From NCBI GenBank assembly GCA_944350425.1, contig CALVOX010000007.1:5617-69616 (forward strand): 64,000 nt of DNA, in the 5' to 3' direction. Position 1 is the first letter of the stretch; each line of letters begins with the position of its first letter. Under the pieces are notes generated by a model. The model saw nothing but the letters and a program-made list of their open reading frames with translations, searched no databases and was not told where the DNA came from. This document shows positions 19,416 through 30,459 of this stretch, one piece after another. A program made the translations under genes and the position numbers. The DNA is from an uncultured Bacilli bacterium. Its GTDB lineage: Bacteria > Bacillota_I > Bacilli_A > RFN20 > CAG-826.

Positions 19416-20441
19416 ATGGATATCGAATTATTTGATTATGAACTTGATCCTAGTTTAATTGCACAAACTCCACTTAAAGATCGAGATAAATGCCGTTTAT
19501 TAGTTGTTGATAAAACAAATAAAACATATAAAGATGAACCTCACTTTTTTGAAATATTAAAATATTTAAAAAAAGGTGATGTTTTAGTTAGAAATAATAC
19601 TAAAGTTATTCCAGCAAGAATCTATGGAATAAAAGAAGAAACAAATGCTCATATTGAATGTCTATTACTCAAAAACTTGGGCAATGATGTTTATGAATGT
19701 TTAATTGGAAATGCAAAAGTTATTAAACTTGGTACTAGAATTAAATTTAGCGATAAGCTTTATGGAGAATGTCTCGAAGTAAGAGATGAAGGAATAAGAA
19801 TTATTAAATTTATTTACCAAGGAATATTCTTAGAAATTCTTGAAGAAATTGGTAATATGCCTTTACCTCCATATATTAAAGAAAAAATTAAAGATAAAAG
19901 TGATTATCAAACTATCTATGCTTTAAAAGAAGGAAGTAGTGCGGCTCCTACAGCAGGATTCCATTTTAGTGAAGAACTTTTTGCTAAAATTAAAGAAATG
20001 GGAATTGACGTGATTGATGTTACTTTAACTATTGGTTTAGGTACGTTTAGACCAGTTAAAGAAAAAGATGTTTTAAAACATCATATGCATGAAGAAGAAT
20101 ATGAAATTAGTGAAGAAGCTGCCTCTTTCTTAAACAAAGCTAAAAAAGAGGGAAGAAGAATTATCGGAATTGGTACGACATCTCTTAGAACTTTAGAAGC
20201 TAATATTTCTAAATACGGTGAATTTAAAGCAACCAAAGAATCAACTGATATTTTTATATATCCTGGATATACTTTTAAAGCAATCGATGCTTTAATTACT
20301 AATTTTCATTTACCTAAATCAACTTTAATTATGTTAGTAAGTGCTTTAATGGGAAGAGAATTTACCTTAGAAGTTTATAAACACGCAGTTGATGAAAGAT
20401 ATCGTTTCTTTTCTTTTGGAGACGCAATGTTTATTTATTAA
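19416..20441 (+). CDS. queA: S-adenosylmethionine:tRNA ribosyltransferase-isomerase
   Basis: MDIELFDYELDPSLIAQTP…GFHFSEELF…TNFHLPKSTL. The start overlaps the tgt TGA stop. Confidence 0.9.
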   Translation: MDIELFDYELDPSLIAQTPLKDRDKCRLLVVDKTNKTYKDEPHFFEILKYLKKGDVLVRNNTKVIPARIYGIKEETNAHIECLLLKNLGNDVYECLIGNAKVIKLGTRIKFSDKLYGECLEVRDEGIRIIKFIYQGIFLEILEEIGNMPLPPYIKEKIKDKSDYQTIYALKEGSSAAPTAGFHFSEELFAKIKEMGIDVIDVTLTIGLGTFRPVKEKDVLKHHMHEEEYEISEEAASFLNKAKKEGRRIIGIGTTSLRTLEANISKYGEFKATKESTDIFIYPGYTFKAIDALITNFHLPKSTLIMLVSALMGREFTLEVYKHAVDERYRFFSFGDAMFIY

Positions 20442-20469
20442 AAAACTAAACTATATTATTATTTAAGAT

Positions 20470-22098
20470 ATGGATGAAGATAAAAGTATAAAAGAAAATA
20501 AAAATTACTATAACGAATTCGTTAAATTATATAAAGAAATAAGAAAAAAAGAGAAAGATAAACCTAAACTTCTCCTTCATGTTTGTTGTGCGGCTTGTAG
20601 CGCTTATCCTTTAGTTTTTCTTATAGATTTATTCGATATTACTATTCTTTATACTAATTCTAATATCTATCCTAAAGAAGAATTTGATAAAAGACTTTAT
20701 TATCTTAAAAAATATGTTTCGGATATAAATACCAAATTTAAAACTCATATCGAGATTGTTGTTGATAACTATCATTATGATACATTTAAAAAAGATCTTG
20801 AACCTTATAAAAATGAAAAAGAAATGGGTACAAGGTGTAAAATCTGTATCGCTAAACGTTTTAATCAATTATTTGAATATGCTAAAAACAATAACTTTAA
20901 ATATGTAACAAGTGTAATGTCTATATCAAGAAATAAAGATGTTAACTATCTTAATGAACTTGGTTTATCTTTAGAAAATAAATATAAAGACTATGATATT
21001 AAATATATTGTAAGTGATTTTAAGAAAAATAATGGGCAAGATCTTGGGATTAAAATTGCAAAAGAATTTAATATTTACCGTCAAGATTATTGCGGATGTG
21101 AATATTCTTTATCAAAAGAACATAAACCAAGAGAAGTTAGTGTTATCGTACCTATCCATGGTGTTTATGAATATTTAGATAAATGTTTAGATTCTTTAGT
21201 CCATCAAAATATAGAAGTAAGTTATGAAGTCGTTTGCGTACTTGATTCACCTCTTGAACAAGATAGAGAAATTACATATAAGTATCAAACTTTATTCCCT
21301 GATTTAGTTACTGTACATGAAGTTAATTTTAAAGATTTAAGTGAAGTTAGAAACTATGGCTTGCTTCATTCTTATTCTAGATATGTCGCATTTGTTGATG
21401 GCGATGACTACGTCTCGCCAACTTATCTAAAAGATTTTTATGAAGATATTGTAAAAAAGAATTCTGATATTGTGGTTTGCAATTACTATATGGCTTATCC
21501 GAATAAAATAAAAAAATGTTTTCCTTCAAATCCGCTTATCTTTAAACCTCGAAATAGTTTAGAAGCTTGTAGAAGTTTATGCCGTGACATCCATTTAAGA
21601 GGATATGTTTGGAATAAGTTTTTCAAAAGAGAAATTATTGAAAATAAGTCAATCTTCTTTATGTCATTTAGGTATTGCATTGAGGATTATTTCTTTGTTT
21701 TTTCTTATCTTCTTAATATCAATTCTATTTCTTTTATAAATAAATATAACTATTATTACGTTCAAAGGCCAAGTAGCGTCGTTCATAAAGATGATGGTTC
21801 TATTATAAAAAAACTTATTAATTCTCAATTTCTAGTAAAATATTACGCTTTTAAAGAGAATAGACCAGAAACTACTAAAATTTCTTATTTCTTTAAAGAA
21901 ATAGCCTTAATTTATTCAATTATCATTCAAAGAAAAAACTTACAAATTCCTTTAAAAGAATTTATTTCAAGTACAAGAAAACAAATCAAAAAGATTAAAA
22001 AAAATGAATATCTTTACGAAGGAGAAGACTGGGAAAAAGTAGTCGCTTCATATATTGAAAAACAAAACAAAGATTTTTATATCGACAAAGGAAAATAA
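20470..22098 (+). CDS. queH: fusion protein: N-terminal epoxyqueuosine reductase QueH (DUF208), a family-2 glycosyltransferase domain, and a ~90-aa tail
   Basis: QueH Cys motifs LLHVCCAACS, RCKICIAKRF, YCGCEYS, then the GT2 start SVIVPIHGV…VDGDDY. The 542-aa frame has no stop and no internal Met/RBS at the junction. Confidence 0.7.
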   Translation: MDEDKSIKENKNYYNEFVKLYKEIRKKEKDKPKLLLHVCCAACSAYPLVFLIDLFDITILYTNSNIYPKEEFDKRLYYLKKYVSDINTKFKTHIEIVVDNYHYDTFKKDLEPYKNEKEMGTRCKICIAKRFNQLFEYAKNNNFKYVTSVMSISRNKDVNYLNELGLSLENKYKDYDIKYIVSDFKKNNGQDLGIKIAKEFNIYRQDYCGCEYSLSKEHKPREVSVIVPIHGVYEYLDKCLDSLVHQNIEVSYEVVCVLDSPLEQDREITYKYQTLFPDLVTVHEVNFKDLSEVRNYGLLHSYSRYVAFVDGDDYVSPTYLKDFYEDIVKKNSDIVVCNYYMAYPNKIKKCFPSNPLIFKPRNSLEACRSLCRDIHLRGYVWNKFFKREIIENKSIFFMSFRYCIEDYFFVFSYLLNINSISFINKYNYYYVQRPSSVVHKDDGSIIKKLINSQFLVKYYAFKENRPETTKISYFFKEIALIYSIIIQRKNLQIPLKEFISSTRKQIKKIKKNEYLYEGEDWEKVVASYIEKQNKDFYIDKGK

Positions 22099-22135
22099 AC
22101 TATTTTTTGTATTTTTTGCGCGTTATAATTTTCTT

Positions 22136-23119
22136 ATGATTAGAGTTTTTAAAGAGACAAACAAAAAGTTAGATGAGTTTACTATTGAAAACAAAGATTT
22201 TTTAGCTTTGCATGATCCAAATTTAATGCCTAAAGGAAGTTGGATACATGTAAGTGATCCCGATGAAGCAATATTGAGTGAAATTTCTAAATTAACCTCA
22301 ATTCCTTTAGATTTTTTGATGTCTTCTTTAGATGAAGAAGAAAGTGCTCGTATTGATAAAGATGATGACGCATCCTTAATAGTTTTAGATACTCCTTTTT
22401 TAATTGATGAAGAGAAGAAGCTTTATACAACCGCACCATTTATTATTTCATATAATCAAAGTTACTATGTAACTATTGCACGACATAAATTTGAACTTTT
22501 AGATGAAGTCTTTAAACGTGTTAAATTAATCGAACCACATAAACATGTTAGATTTACTTTAAATATTATTTATCGTTTAGCTACTTTATTTATTAATTAT
22601 TTAAAAAAATTAAATTTAAAAACTGAAGAAATTGAAAGAACTTTAAGAACTTCAACTAAAAATAAAGAAATCTTAGAGCTTATGGATATTTCTAAATGTT
22701 TAATTTATTTTTCAACAGCTTTAAATGCTGATAAGGCGGTATTAATTAAACTTTTAAAGTTAAAAGAGTTTAATGAATTTGAAGACGATTATGATTTAAT
22801 GGAAGATACTAAAGTAGAATTAGATCAAGCAAGTGAAATGTGTTCAATTTCTAGAAGCGTTCTTTCTTCAATGACTGATGCTTTTGGCTCTGTTATTAAT
22901 AACAATCTTAATAGTGTTATGAAAACTTTAAGTGTAATTACTATTGTTTTATCAGTTCCAACTCTTATTTCTTCTTTATATGGAATGAATGTTGAAGATA
23001 TTCCTTTAGCTCATCATGAGCTAGCTTTCTGGATTGTTTTTGCTATTTCTTTAGCCTTTGCAATCATTGCTTCAATCATTCTTATATTCTTAAGTTCCGG
23101 AAGAGGAAGAAAGAAATAA
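22136..23119 (+). CDS. corA: CorA-family Mg2+/Co2+ transporter
   Basis: YGMN motif and two C-terminal TM helices. The ATG at 22136 is chosen over the overlapping TTG at 22055. Confidence 0.8.
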   Translation: MIRVFKETNKKLDEFTIENKDFLALHDPNLMPKGSWIHVSDPDEAILSEISKLTSIPLDFLMSSLDEEESARIDKDDDASLIVLDTPFLIDEEKKLYTTAPFIISYNQSYYVTIARHKFELLDEVFKRVKLIEPHKHVRFTLNIIYRLATLFINYLKKLNLKTEEIERTLRTSTKNKEILELMDISKCLIYFSTALNADKAVLIKLLKLKEFNEFEDDYDLMEDTKVELDQASEMCSISRSVLSSMTDAFGSVINNNLNSVMKTLSVITIVLSVPTLISSLYGMNVEDIPLAHHELAFWIVFAISLAFAIIASIILIFLSSGRGRKK

Positions 23120-23273
23120 GCAGGATGTCTATTTTTTGTAATTTATCTACTCTAAAGCATAAAAAGAGTAGATTTTTTATTTAAAAAGACTATACTAATA
23201 AGGCTTAAAGTTCTTAGGCTTCAAAACTAAGGAAAGAAGCAGAAGAATCGGATAAATTTTAAAAAAATTATTG

Positions 23274-23302
23274 TTGACATTACATATAAACATCTGTATT
23301 AT
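23274..23302 (+). promoter_or_regulatory. consensus sigma-A promoter of the S10 operon (TTGACA-17 nt-TATTAT)
   Basis: -35 and -10 read directly with a 17-nt spacer. Confidence 0.7.
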
Positions 23303-23422
23303 ATGTATGTTTTAGCGTTTGTAATGATTTGCGAGGTTGCTGATACACCCACAAGCGTTGTCATGAAGGTATCAGGTAATTCGCAATGAACAAGTCGCGT
23401 GGATAAAGAAAGGAGTTATTTC
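23303..23422 (+). promoter_or_regulatory. structured ~115-nt S10-operon leader
   Basis: Stems CTGATAC…GTATCAG and GCGAGG…, ending at the RBS AAGGAG. Confidence 0.3.
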
Positions 23423-23734
23423 ATGGCAAAAGTAAAAAAGATTAGAGTTCGTTTACAAGCTTATGATCACAAGTTACTTGATACAGCTAGTGGTAAGATT
23501 GTAAATGCTATTACTAAAACAGGTGCTAGTGTAGTCGGACCTATTCCACTTCCAACGGAAAAACAAGTTTACACAATTCTTAGAGCTGTTCATAAAGATA
23601 AAGATTCCCGTGAACAATTCGAAATTAGAACACATAAGAGAATTATTGATATCACAAATCCTAGCAATGACACAATTGCTGCTCTTAGAAAATTAGATCT
23701 TCCTAGCGGTGTTGATATCGATATCAAGTTATAA
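23423..23734 (+). CDS. rpsJ: 30S ribosomal protein S10
   Basis: [20 protein letters not shown]…. Confidence 0.95.
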   Translation: MAKVKKIRVRLQAYDHKLLDTASGKIVNAITKTGASVVGPIPLPTEKQVYTILRAVHKDKDSREQFEIRTHKRIIDITNPSNDTIAALRKLDLPSGVDIDIKL

Positions 23735-23751
23735 GAAGGAGGTAAGAAAAA

Positions 23752-24450
23752 ATGAAACAAATCATTGGTCGTAAAATCGGAATGACTCAAATGTTTGCAG
23801 AAGATGGCACAATGTATGCTGTTAGCGTTATTGAAGTCTTACCTAACGTTGTCACACAAAAGAAGACCTTAGAAAAAGATGGTTATGAAGCAATTCAAGT
23901 TGGATACGAAGACAAATTAAAAAACGTTAACAACTGTGAAAAAGGCTTATTCAGCAAAATCAATGTCACTCCAAAGAAAAACTTATTCGAACTTAAGGGT
24001 GATGAAATGAATTCTTATGAAGTAGGAAGCGAAATTAAAGCTGACTTATTCAAAGAAGGAGAAGCAATCGATGTCATCGGTACATCAAAAGGTAGAGGTT
24101 ATGCTGGTGTCATTAAAAGATGGGGCCACACAATCGGACCTAAAGGACATGGTTCAGGTTATCATAGAGGACAAGGTTCATTCGCTAACAATGGTAGATG
24201 TAATAACCGTGTCATCCCAGGTAAGAAAATGTCCGGTCATATGGGAAATCAAAGCGCAACAGTCTTAAACTTAAGAGTTATTAAAGTTGATGCAGAAAAG
24301 AATTACATCCTTGTAAAAGGTGGTGTCCCAGGACCTAAAAAAGGCTTAGTCAAAATTAGAAGTGCTGTTAAGACAAATGCTAAGGCATTCACTCTTAAAC
24401 CTTTAATTGATAGAAGCAAAAAAGAAGAAGTTTCTGAAGAAACAAAGTAA
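23752..24450 (+). CDS. rplC: 50S ribosomal protein L3 (K-rich C-terminal extension)
   Basis: Operon position. RBS AGGAGG. Confidence 0.95.
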   Translation: MKQIIGRKIGMTQMFAEDGTMYAVSVIEVLPNVVTQKKTLEKDGYEAIQVGYEDKLKNVNNCEKGLFSKINVTPKKNLFELKGDEMNSYEVGSEIKADLFKEGEAIDVIGTSKGRGYAGVIKRWGHTIGPKGHGSGYHRGQGSFANNGRCNNRVIPGKKMSGHMGNQSATVLNLRVIKVDAEKNYILVKGGVPGPKKGLVKIRSAVKTNAKAFTLKPLIDRSKKEEVSEETK

Positions 24451-24469
24451 TTAGAAAGGAGATATTAAA

Positions 24470-25093
24470 ATGGCTGAAATGAATTTAAAAGTTTATTCAC
24501 AAGACGGCAACGAAGTATCAACTTTATCTGTTTCTAAAGAAGTCTTCGGTGTTGAAGTTAATGAACAAGTTATGTTCGATGCAGTTATGACTTATCTTGC
24601 AAATAGAAGACAAGCTACTGCAAAAACAAAAAATAGAAGCGAAGTCTCTGGTGGTGGTAAAAAACCATGGAGACAAAAAGGAACTGGTAGAGCAAGAGCT
24701 GGTTCAACAAGATCCCCAATCTGGGTTGGTGGAGGTAAGATCTTTACTCCAACAGGTAATCAAAACTACAAGATCAAACAAAACAAAAAAGAACACGAAT
24801 TAGCACTTAAATCAGCTTTATCTCTTAAAGCTAAAAAAGACTTAATCGTCTTAGATAAATTAAGTGTTAATGGTAAAACAAAAGAAGTTGTTGCTATGTT
24901 AAACGCATTCAAAGTTGCTGATGAAAAGACACTTTTTGTTACAAGTGATTCACTTGTTCTTCAAGGTTCTAACAACATTGAAAACGTTTTAACTAGAAGC
25001 GTTGAAAATATCTCTGTTTACGACTTATTAAATTCAAGTAAGTTAATTATGTTAGCAGATGATGTTAAAAAGGTTGAGGAGGTACTCAAATAA
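24470..25093 (+). CDS. rplD: 50S ribosomal protein L4
   Basis: Operon position and sequence. Confidence 0.95.
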   Translation: MAEMNLKVYSQDGNEVSTLSVSKEVFGVEVNEQVMFDAVMTYLANRRQATAKTKNRSEVSGGGKKPWRQKGTGRARAGSTRSPIWVGGGKIFTPTGNQNYKIKQNKKEHELALKSALSLKAKKDLIVLDKLSVNGKTKEVVAMLNAFKVADEKTLFVTSDSLVLQGSNNIENVLTRSVENISVYDLLNSSKLIMLADDVKKVEEVLK

Positions 25094-25437
25094 TGGCTAA
25101 GAAAACAAAAGTAGCTGAAGAAGTAGTTAATAACGAAAAGAAAGCTAGTATTCATGACTTCGATATTATTATCGAACCAGTCATTACTGAAAAATCAATG
25201 GCTCAATCTCAAGAAGGTAGCAAATATACCTTTAAAGTAAAAAAGACTGCTAACAAAACAGAAATTAGAAATGCAGTTTCCAAAATCTTCGGTGTTCATG
25301 TTGTTGGTGTTCAAACTGTTAATGTTATTAGCAAAAACATCTCACGTGGCTCAAGATATAAAGGAACTCTTCCTTCATACAAAAAAGCAATTGTTACTTT
25401 AAAAGAAGGAGAAGTTATCAATCTCTTTGCAGAATAG
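25093..25437 (+). CDS. rplW: 50S ribosomal protein L23 (N-terminal extension)
   Basis: Operon position. Confidence 0.9.
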   Translation: MAKKTKVAEEVVNNEKKASIHDFDIIIEPVITEKSMAQSQEGSKYTFKVKKTANKTEIRNAVSKIFGVHVVGVQTVNVISKNISRGSRYKGTLPSYKKAIVTLKEGEVINLFAE

Positions 25438-25472
25438 TAAGAGAAAATTAACTTAAATATAGGAGAAAATAT

Positions 25473-26306
25473 ATGTCAATAAAAACTTATAAACCATATA
25501 CTCCTTCTAGAAGAGCAATGATTGTTCTTTCTAATGAAGGAATTACAAAAACTACTCCTGAAAAAAGCTTGACTGTCACATTAAAAAAGAGTGGCGGAAG
25601 AAATAACCAAGGCGTTATCACTTGCCGTCATATCGGTGGCGGAAACAAAACTAAATACAGAATTATCGATTTCAAAAGAGATAAAGATGGCGTAGTTGGA
25701 AAAGTCGCAGCAATCGAATATGATCCAAATAGAAATGCAAGAATTGCATTAATCAATTATGCTGACGGTGAAAAAAGATATATTCTTCAACCAAACGGCT
25801 TAAAAGTCGGTGATAAAGTTGTATCTGGCGAAAGCGTTGATATTCTTACAGGTAATGCTTGTTTATTAAAGAATATCCCAGAAGGTACTTTCGTTCATAA
25901 TGTTGAACTTAGACCAAAGAAAGGTGGCCAAGTTTGTAGAAGTGCTGGATGTAGCGCTCAAATCTTAGGTAAAGAAGGAAAATACGTTATCTTAAGACTT
26001 CAATCCGGTGAAATGAGAAAATTCCTTGGTGAATGTAAAGCTACAATCGGTATTGTTGGTAATGAAGATTATAACCTTGTTAATTTAGGTAAAGCTGGTA
26101 AAACAAGATACTTAGGTATTAGACCTACTGTTAGAGGTAGTGCTATGAACCCTAACGATCACCCACACGGTGGTGGTGAAGGTAAGTGTCCTGTCGGTAG
26201 AGATGCTCCACGTACTCCATGGGGTAAGAGAGCTCTTGGTGTTAAGACACGTTCATTAAAGAAACAATCTTCTAAATTAATCGTTAGAAGAAGAAATGGT
26301 AAATAG
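25473..26306 (+). CDS. rplB: 50S ribosomal protein L2
   Basis: [24 protein letters not shown]. Confidence 0.97.
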   Translation: MSIKTYKPYTPSRRAMIVLSNEGITKTTPEKSLTVTLKKSGGRNNQGVITCRHIGGGNKTKYRIIDFKRDKDGVVGKVAAIEYDPNRNARIALINYADGEKRYILQPNGLKVGDKVVSGESVDILTGNACLLKNIPEGTFVHNVELRPKKGGQVCRSAGCSAQILGKEGKYVILRLQSGEMRKFLGECKATIGIVGNEDYNLVNLGKAGKTRYLGIRPTVRGSAMNPNDHPHGGGEGKCPVGRDAPRTPWGKRALGVKTRSLKKQSSKLIVRRRNGK

Positions 26307-26324
26307 TAAAGGAGGAAGAGACTA

Positions 26325-26630
26325 ATGGCAAGAAGTTTAAAAAAGGGTCCATTCGCTGATGAACACTTATTAAAGAAAGTTGAAGCTTTAAATAAGGCCA
26401 ACAAAAAATCAGTCATTAAGACCTGGTCAAGAAGAAGTACAATTTTCCCAGAATTCGTTGAACACACCTTTGCTGTTTATAACGGTCACGCATTTATCAC
26501 TGTCTATGTCACAGAAGACATGGTCGGTCATAAATTAGGAGAATTTGCTCCAACAAGAACATTTAAAGGCCACTTCGGTAATAACGCCGAAGATAAGGCA
26601 GCAGCAAAAGCCGCTGCAGGCATTAAATAA
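26325..26630 (+). CDS. rpsS: 30S ribosomal protein S19 (Ala/Lys C-terminal tail)
   Basis: [10 protein letters not shown]. Confidence 0.95.
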   Translation: MARSLKKGPFADEHLLKKVEALNKANKKSVIKTWSRRSTIFPEFVEHTFAVYNGHAFITVYVTEDMVGHKLGEFAPTRTFKGHFGNNAEDKAAAKAAAGIK

Positions 26631-26649
26631 TGGATGAGGTAAATAACTT

Positions 26650-27207
26650 ATGGCAGAAGAAATCAAAAACGAAGAAGTAAAAGAAGTTAAAGTTAAAAAG
26701 ACTTCATCCAAGAAGAGTGGTGAAGCAAAGTCAACTTCAACAAAGAAGGCTTCTACTAAAAAAACTTCCACTGCTAAGAAAACAGCAGAAAAGAAAGAAG
26801 TTAAAAAAGAAGAAGTAAAAGAAACAAAAAAAGCTAAGAAAGAAGTTGTTGAAACTAAAAAAAGAAGCGAAGCAACTGCTAAAGTCTTAGGACTTAAAGT
26901 TACCCCAAGAAAAGTAAGATTAGTTATCGATCTTGTTAGAGGTAAAGACGTTGACGAAGCTATTCAAATTTTATCTTTAGTTCACAAAGAAGCTGCTCCT
27001 TATATTATTAAATTACTTAATAGTGCTAAGGCTAATGCAACAAACAACTTCAATATGGATGGTGATAAATTATACATCGCATCTATTATGGCAAGCGACT
27101 CAATCAAGATGAAAAGATATCTTCCACGTGCTAAAGGAAGTGCATCTGGTTTAGTAAAAAGATTCTCTAATGTATTCGTTACATTAAAAGAGAAGGAATT
27201 ATTTTAA
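26650..27207 (+). CDS. rplV: 50S ribosomal protein L22 with a ~75-aa K/E/T-rich N-terminal extension
   Basis: C-terminal L22 core GLKVTPRKVRLVIDLVRGK. Confidence 0.9.
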   Translation: MAEEIKNEEVKEVKVKKTSSKKSGEAKSTSTKKASTKKTSTAKKTAEKKEVKKEEVKETKKAKKEVVETKKRSEATAKVLGLKVTPRKVRLVIDLVRGKDVDEAIQILSLVHKEAAPYIIKLLNSAKANATNNFNMDGDKLYIASIMASDSIKMKRYLPRAKGSASGLVKRFSNVFVTLKEKELF

Positions 27208-27226
27208 GGGAAGGAGGTAAAAAACA

Positions 27227-27931
27227 ATGGGACAAAAAGTTAATCCAATTGGTATGAGAATCGGTTTAAATAAAAACTGGAACTCAAGATGGTTCGCAAA
27301 TGACAAAGATTTCTCAACCTTCTTACTTGAAGATAATAAAATCAGAAATTACTTAGAAAAACATTTACCAAAAGAAGCATATCTTTCACACGTTGAAATC
27401 GAAAGAAAGAAAAAAGAAAATGGCCACTTAATTAGAGTATTCATTTTCGTTGGAAGAGCTGGCGTTATCTTAGGAAAAGAAAATCCTGCAAAGAATATCC
27501 TTGCTTTAAAGAAAGAATTACTCAAATTAGTTGCTAAAGGAAATGATATTAGAATCGACTTAGTCGATGTTAAACAACCAAACTTAGATGCAACAATCGT
27601 TGCAAATAAGATGTGCAAACAACTCGAAGAAAGAGCAAGCTTCAGAATTGTTCAAAAAAGAGCAATTGCTGATGTTAGAAAAGCAGGCGCAAAAGGTGTT
27701 AAAACAGCTGTTAGTGGTAGACTTGCAGGTGCAGATATTGCAAGAACTGAAGGCTACAAAGATGGAACAATGGCTATTAACACATTAAGAAGCGATATTG
27801 ATTACGCTTGGAGAGAAGCAATGACAACCTATGGTAAACTTGGTGTTAAAGTCTGGATTTGCCGTGGTGAAAAAGAAATCAATCCAAAAGAAGTAGTCAA
27901 GCAACCAGCCGTAGATAAGAAAGGAGAATAA
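27227..27931 (+). CDS. rpsC: 30S ribosomal protein S3
   Basis: [13 protein letters not shown]. Confidence 0.97.
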   Translation: MGQKVNPIGMRIGLNKNWNSRWFANDKDFSTFLLEDNKIRNYLEKHLPKEAYLSHVEIERKKKENGHLIRVFIFVGRAGVILGKENPAKNILALKKELLKLVAKGNDIRIDLVDVKQPNLDATIVANKMCKQLEERASFRIVQKRAIADVRKAGAKGVKTAVSGRLAGADIARTEGYKDGTMAINTLRSDIDYAWREAMTTYGKLGVKVWICRGEKEINPKEVVKQPAVDKKGE

Positions 27932-27936
27932 CAAGT

Positions 27937-28350
27937 ATGTTACAACCTAAAAGAGTAAAATGGAGAAGACCACATATTATTAAATATGAAGGTTTATCCA
28001 AAGCAGGTAACACTGTTGACTTTGGAACCTATGGCTTACAAGCTATCGAAGGAAATTATGTTTCTGATAGACAAATTGAAGCTTGCCGTATTGTTCTTTC
28101 AAGATATACAAAAAGACAAGGCCAAGTATGGATTAGAATCTTCCCACACTTAGCTAAAACTAAAAAACCAGCAGAAGTCCGTATGGGTTCTGGTAAAGGT
28201 TCACCAGAATATTGGGTTGCTGTTGTTAGAAAAAATAGAGTTATGTTTGAAATTGGCGGAGTACCAGATGAAGTTGCTATTCAAGCTTTAAAAATGGCTG
28301 CATATAAACTTCCATTAAAAACCCGCGTTATTAAAAAGGAGGTTAAATAA
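27937..28350 (+). CDS. rplP: 50S ribosomal protein L16
   Basis: [11 protein letters not shown]. Confidence 0.97.
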   Translation: MLQPKRVKWRRPHIIKYEGLSKAGNTVDFGTYGLQAIEGNYVSDRQIEACRIVLSRYTKRQGQVWIRIFPHLAKTKKPAEVRMGSGKGSPEYWVAVVRKNRVMFEIGGVPDEVAIQALKMAAYKLPLKTRVIKKEVK

Positions 28351-28353
28351 TTT

Positions 28354-28551
28354 ATGAAGATTAGTGAAGTTAGAGAACTTTCTAGCGAAGAATTAAATGC
28401 TAAGATTTATTCATTAAAAGAAGAATTATTTAATCTTCGTAGAAAAAAAGCTGTTGGACAACTTGAACAAATGAGCGAAATCAGAAGAGTTAGAAAAGAT
28501 ATCGCTAGAGTCTATACAGTATTAAAAGAAAGAGAATTAGGTGTTAAATAG
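28354..28551 (+). CDS. rpmC: 50S ribosomal protein L29
   Basis: Operon position. Confidence 0.9.
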   Translation: MKISEVRELSSEELNAKIYSLKEELFNLRRKKAVGQLEQMSEIRRVRKDIARVYTVLKERELGVK

Positions 28552-28564
28552 GAGGTAAAAGACA

Positions 28565-28894
28565 ATGGAATCAAAAAGAAGAAAAATTCAAGGCGTTGTT
28601 ATCTCTGATAAAACACCTAAAACAATTGTTGTCGAATTAACAGGTTATAGAAAGCACCCTAAGTATAAGAAAAGAGTTCAATTCAGATCAAAATATTATG
28701 CTCATGATGAAAATGAACTCGCACACTTAGGTGATGTTGTCACAATTCAAGAATCAAGACCTATTTCTAAATTAAAGAGATTCGTTCTTGTAAGTGTTGA
28801 TAAGAAAGCTCTTGAAGACATCAAAGTCTTAGAAGAAAGAGAAGTTGAAGAAGTTCTTCACGAACACGAAGAAGAAGCAAAGGAGGCAGAATAA
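28565..28894 (+). CDS. rpsQ: 30S ribosomal protein S17 (acidic C-terminal extension)
   Basis: Operon position. Confidence 0.9.
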   Translation: MESKRRKIQGVVISDKTPKTIVVELTGYRKHPKYKKRVQFRSKYYAHDENELAHLGDVVTIQESRPISKLKRFVLVSVDKKALEDIKVLEEREVEEVLHEHEEEAKEAE

Positions 28895-28896
28895 AT

Positions 28897-29271
28897 ATGG
28901 TTCAAACAGAAACAAATTTAAAAGTTGCTGATAACTCCGGAGCTAGAGTAGTAAGAATTTTCAGAATTTATGGTGGAAGCCATGTTAAGAGCGCTTCCGT
29001 TGGCGATATTGTCCTTTGCGCAGTCAAAGATGCTATTCCAAATGGTAAAGTTAAAAAGAGCGATGTCGTTAAAGCTGTAATCGTTAGAACATCTTATCCA
29101 ATTGAAAGAAAAGATGGATCAACAATCAGATTTGATGACAATGCTTGTGTCATTATCAACGAAGATAAAACACCAGTAGGTACTCGTGTATTTGGACCTG
29201 TAGCAAGAGAACTTCGTGATAAGGGTGAAGATTTTATGAAGATTCTTTCCCTTGCAACTGAAGTCTTATAG
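28897..29271 (+). CDS. rplN: 50S ribosomal protein L14
   Basis: [10 protein letters not shown]. Confidence 0.97.
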   Translation: MVQTETNLKVADNSGARVVRIFRIYGGSHVKSASVGDIVLCAVKDAIPNGKVKKSDVVKAVIVRTSYPIERKDGSTIRFDDNACVIINEDKTPVGTRVFGPVARELRDKGEDFMKILSLATEVL

Positions 29272-29289
29272 TATAAAGGAGAGAAGATT

Positions 29290-29604
29290 ATGAAACTTAA
29301 AAAAGGTGATAAAGTAATTGTTATCTCTGGAAAAGATAAGGGAAAAACAGGCACAATTCAAAGAGCCTATCCAAAATTAAATAAAGTTGTTATTGATGGT
29401 GTTAACGTTAGAAAAAGACATCAAAAACCAACTCAAAATCATCCAGAAGGAAGCATTGTTGAAATGTATGCACCTCTTGATGCTTCAAAAGTTATGTTCT
29501 ATGACGAAAAGAGCAAAAAAGGTGTTAGACTCGGTTATCTTGTAAAAGAAGATGGTTCTAAAGTTAGAATCAATAAAAAAACCGGAAAAGAAATTAAGGA
29601 ATAG
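29290..29604 (+). CDS. rplX: 50S ribosomal protein L24
   Basis: MKLKKGDKVIVISGKDKGK. Confidence 0.95.
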   Translation: MKLKKGDKVIVISGKDKGKTGTIQRAYPKLNKVVIDGVNVRKRHQKPTQNHPEGSIVEMYAPLDASKVMFYDEKSKKGVRLGYLVKEDGSKVRINKKTGKEIKE

Positions 29605-29620
29605 TTAAGGAGGTAGTAAT

Positions 29621-30235
29621 ATGAGCGAAACTAAAAATACAAAAAAAGTAGAAGCTAGTGCTACTACTTCAAACGGCCACAAAGTTAAGGCTGATGTAAC
29701 TAGACTTGAAGCTAAATATAAAGAAACAATCGTTCCAAACTTAATGAAGAAATTTGAATATCAAAATATTCATCAAGTTCCAAAAATGGAAAAGATTGTT
29801 ATCAATATCGGTGTAGGTGATGCTACACAAGAAAAGAAAAGACTTGAAGAAGCTGTTGAAGAATTAGCATTAATCTCTGGTCAAAAACCAATTATTACAA
29901 AAGCTAAAAAATCAATCGCTACTTTCAAATTAAGAGAAGGTGAACCAATTGGTTGTAAAGTTACTCTTAGAGGAAGAAGAATGTATGAATTCTTCGATAA
30001 ACTTACATCAATCGCACTTCCTAGAGTTAGAGACTTTAGAGGCGTTAGTAAAAACGCTTTCGATGGAAGAGGAAATTATACTTTAGGTATTAAAGAACAA
30101 TTAATTTTCCCTGAAATTGATTATGATAAAGTCGCTAAAGTAAGAGGTATGGATATCGTAGTCGTTACTAGTGCAAAAACTGATGAAGAAGCTTATGCAT
30201 TATTAAAAGAATTCGGTATGCCATTTAATAGATAG
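29621..30235 (+). CDS. rplE: 50S ribosomal protein L5 (N-terminal extension)
   Basis: Operon position. Confidence 0.95.
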   Translation: MSETKNTKKVEASATTSNGHKVKADVTRLEAKYKETIVPNLMKKFEYQNIHQVPKMEKIVINIGVGDATQEKKRLEEAVEELALISGQKPIITKAKKSIATFKLREGEPIGCKVTLRGRRMYEFFDKLTSIALPRVRDFRGVSKNAFDGRGNYTLGIKEQLIFPEIDYDKVAKVRGMDIVVVTSAKTDEEAYALLKEFGMPFNR

Positions 30236-30255
30236 GAAGGAGGGTAAAAAGTATT

Positions 30256-30441
30256 ATGGCAAAAACAAGTTTAAAAGTTAAACAAGCTAGACCTCAAAAA
30301 TTCAAAGTAAGAGAATACACACGTTGTAAAAGATGTGGACGCCCTCACGCTGTCTATTCAAAGTTTGGCCTTTGTAGAATTTGTCTTAGAGAACTTGCCT
30401 ATAAAGGTGAGATCCCAGGAATGAAAAAATCATCTTGGTAA
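30256..30441 (+). CDS. rpsN: 30S ribosomal protein S14 type Z (Zn ribbon)
   Basis: [20 protein letters not shown]. Confidence 0.95.
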   Translation: MAKTSLKVKQARPQKFKVREYTRCKRCGRPHAVYSKFGLCRICLRELAYKGEIPGMKKSSW

Positions 30442-30459
30442 TTATTAGGAGGTAAAAGT

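Noticed and set aside
22055-22135. Upstream TTG start for corA, which would overlap the queH fusion gene by 44 nt
   Set aside because: The in-frame ATG at 22136 gives a normal-length CorA (327 aa). The TTG extension is hydrophobic junk without an RBS.
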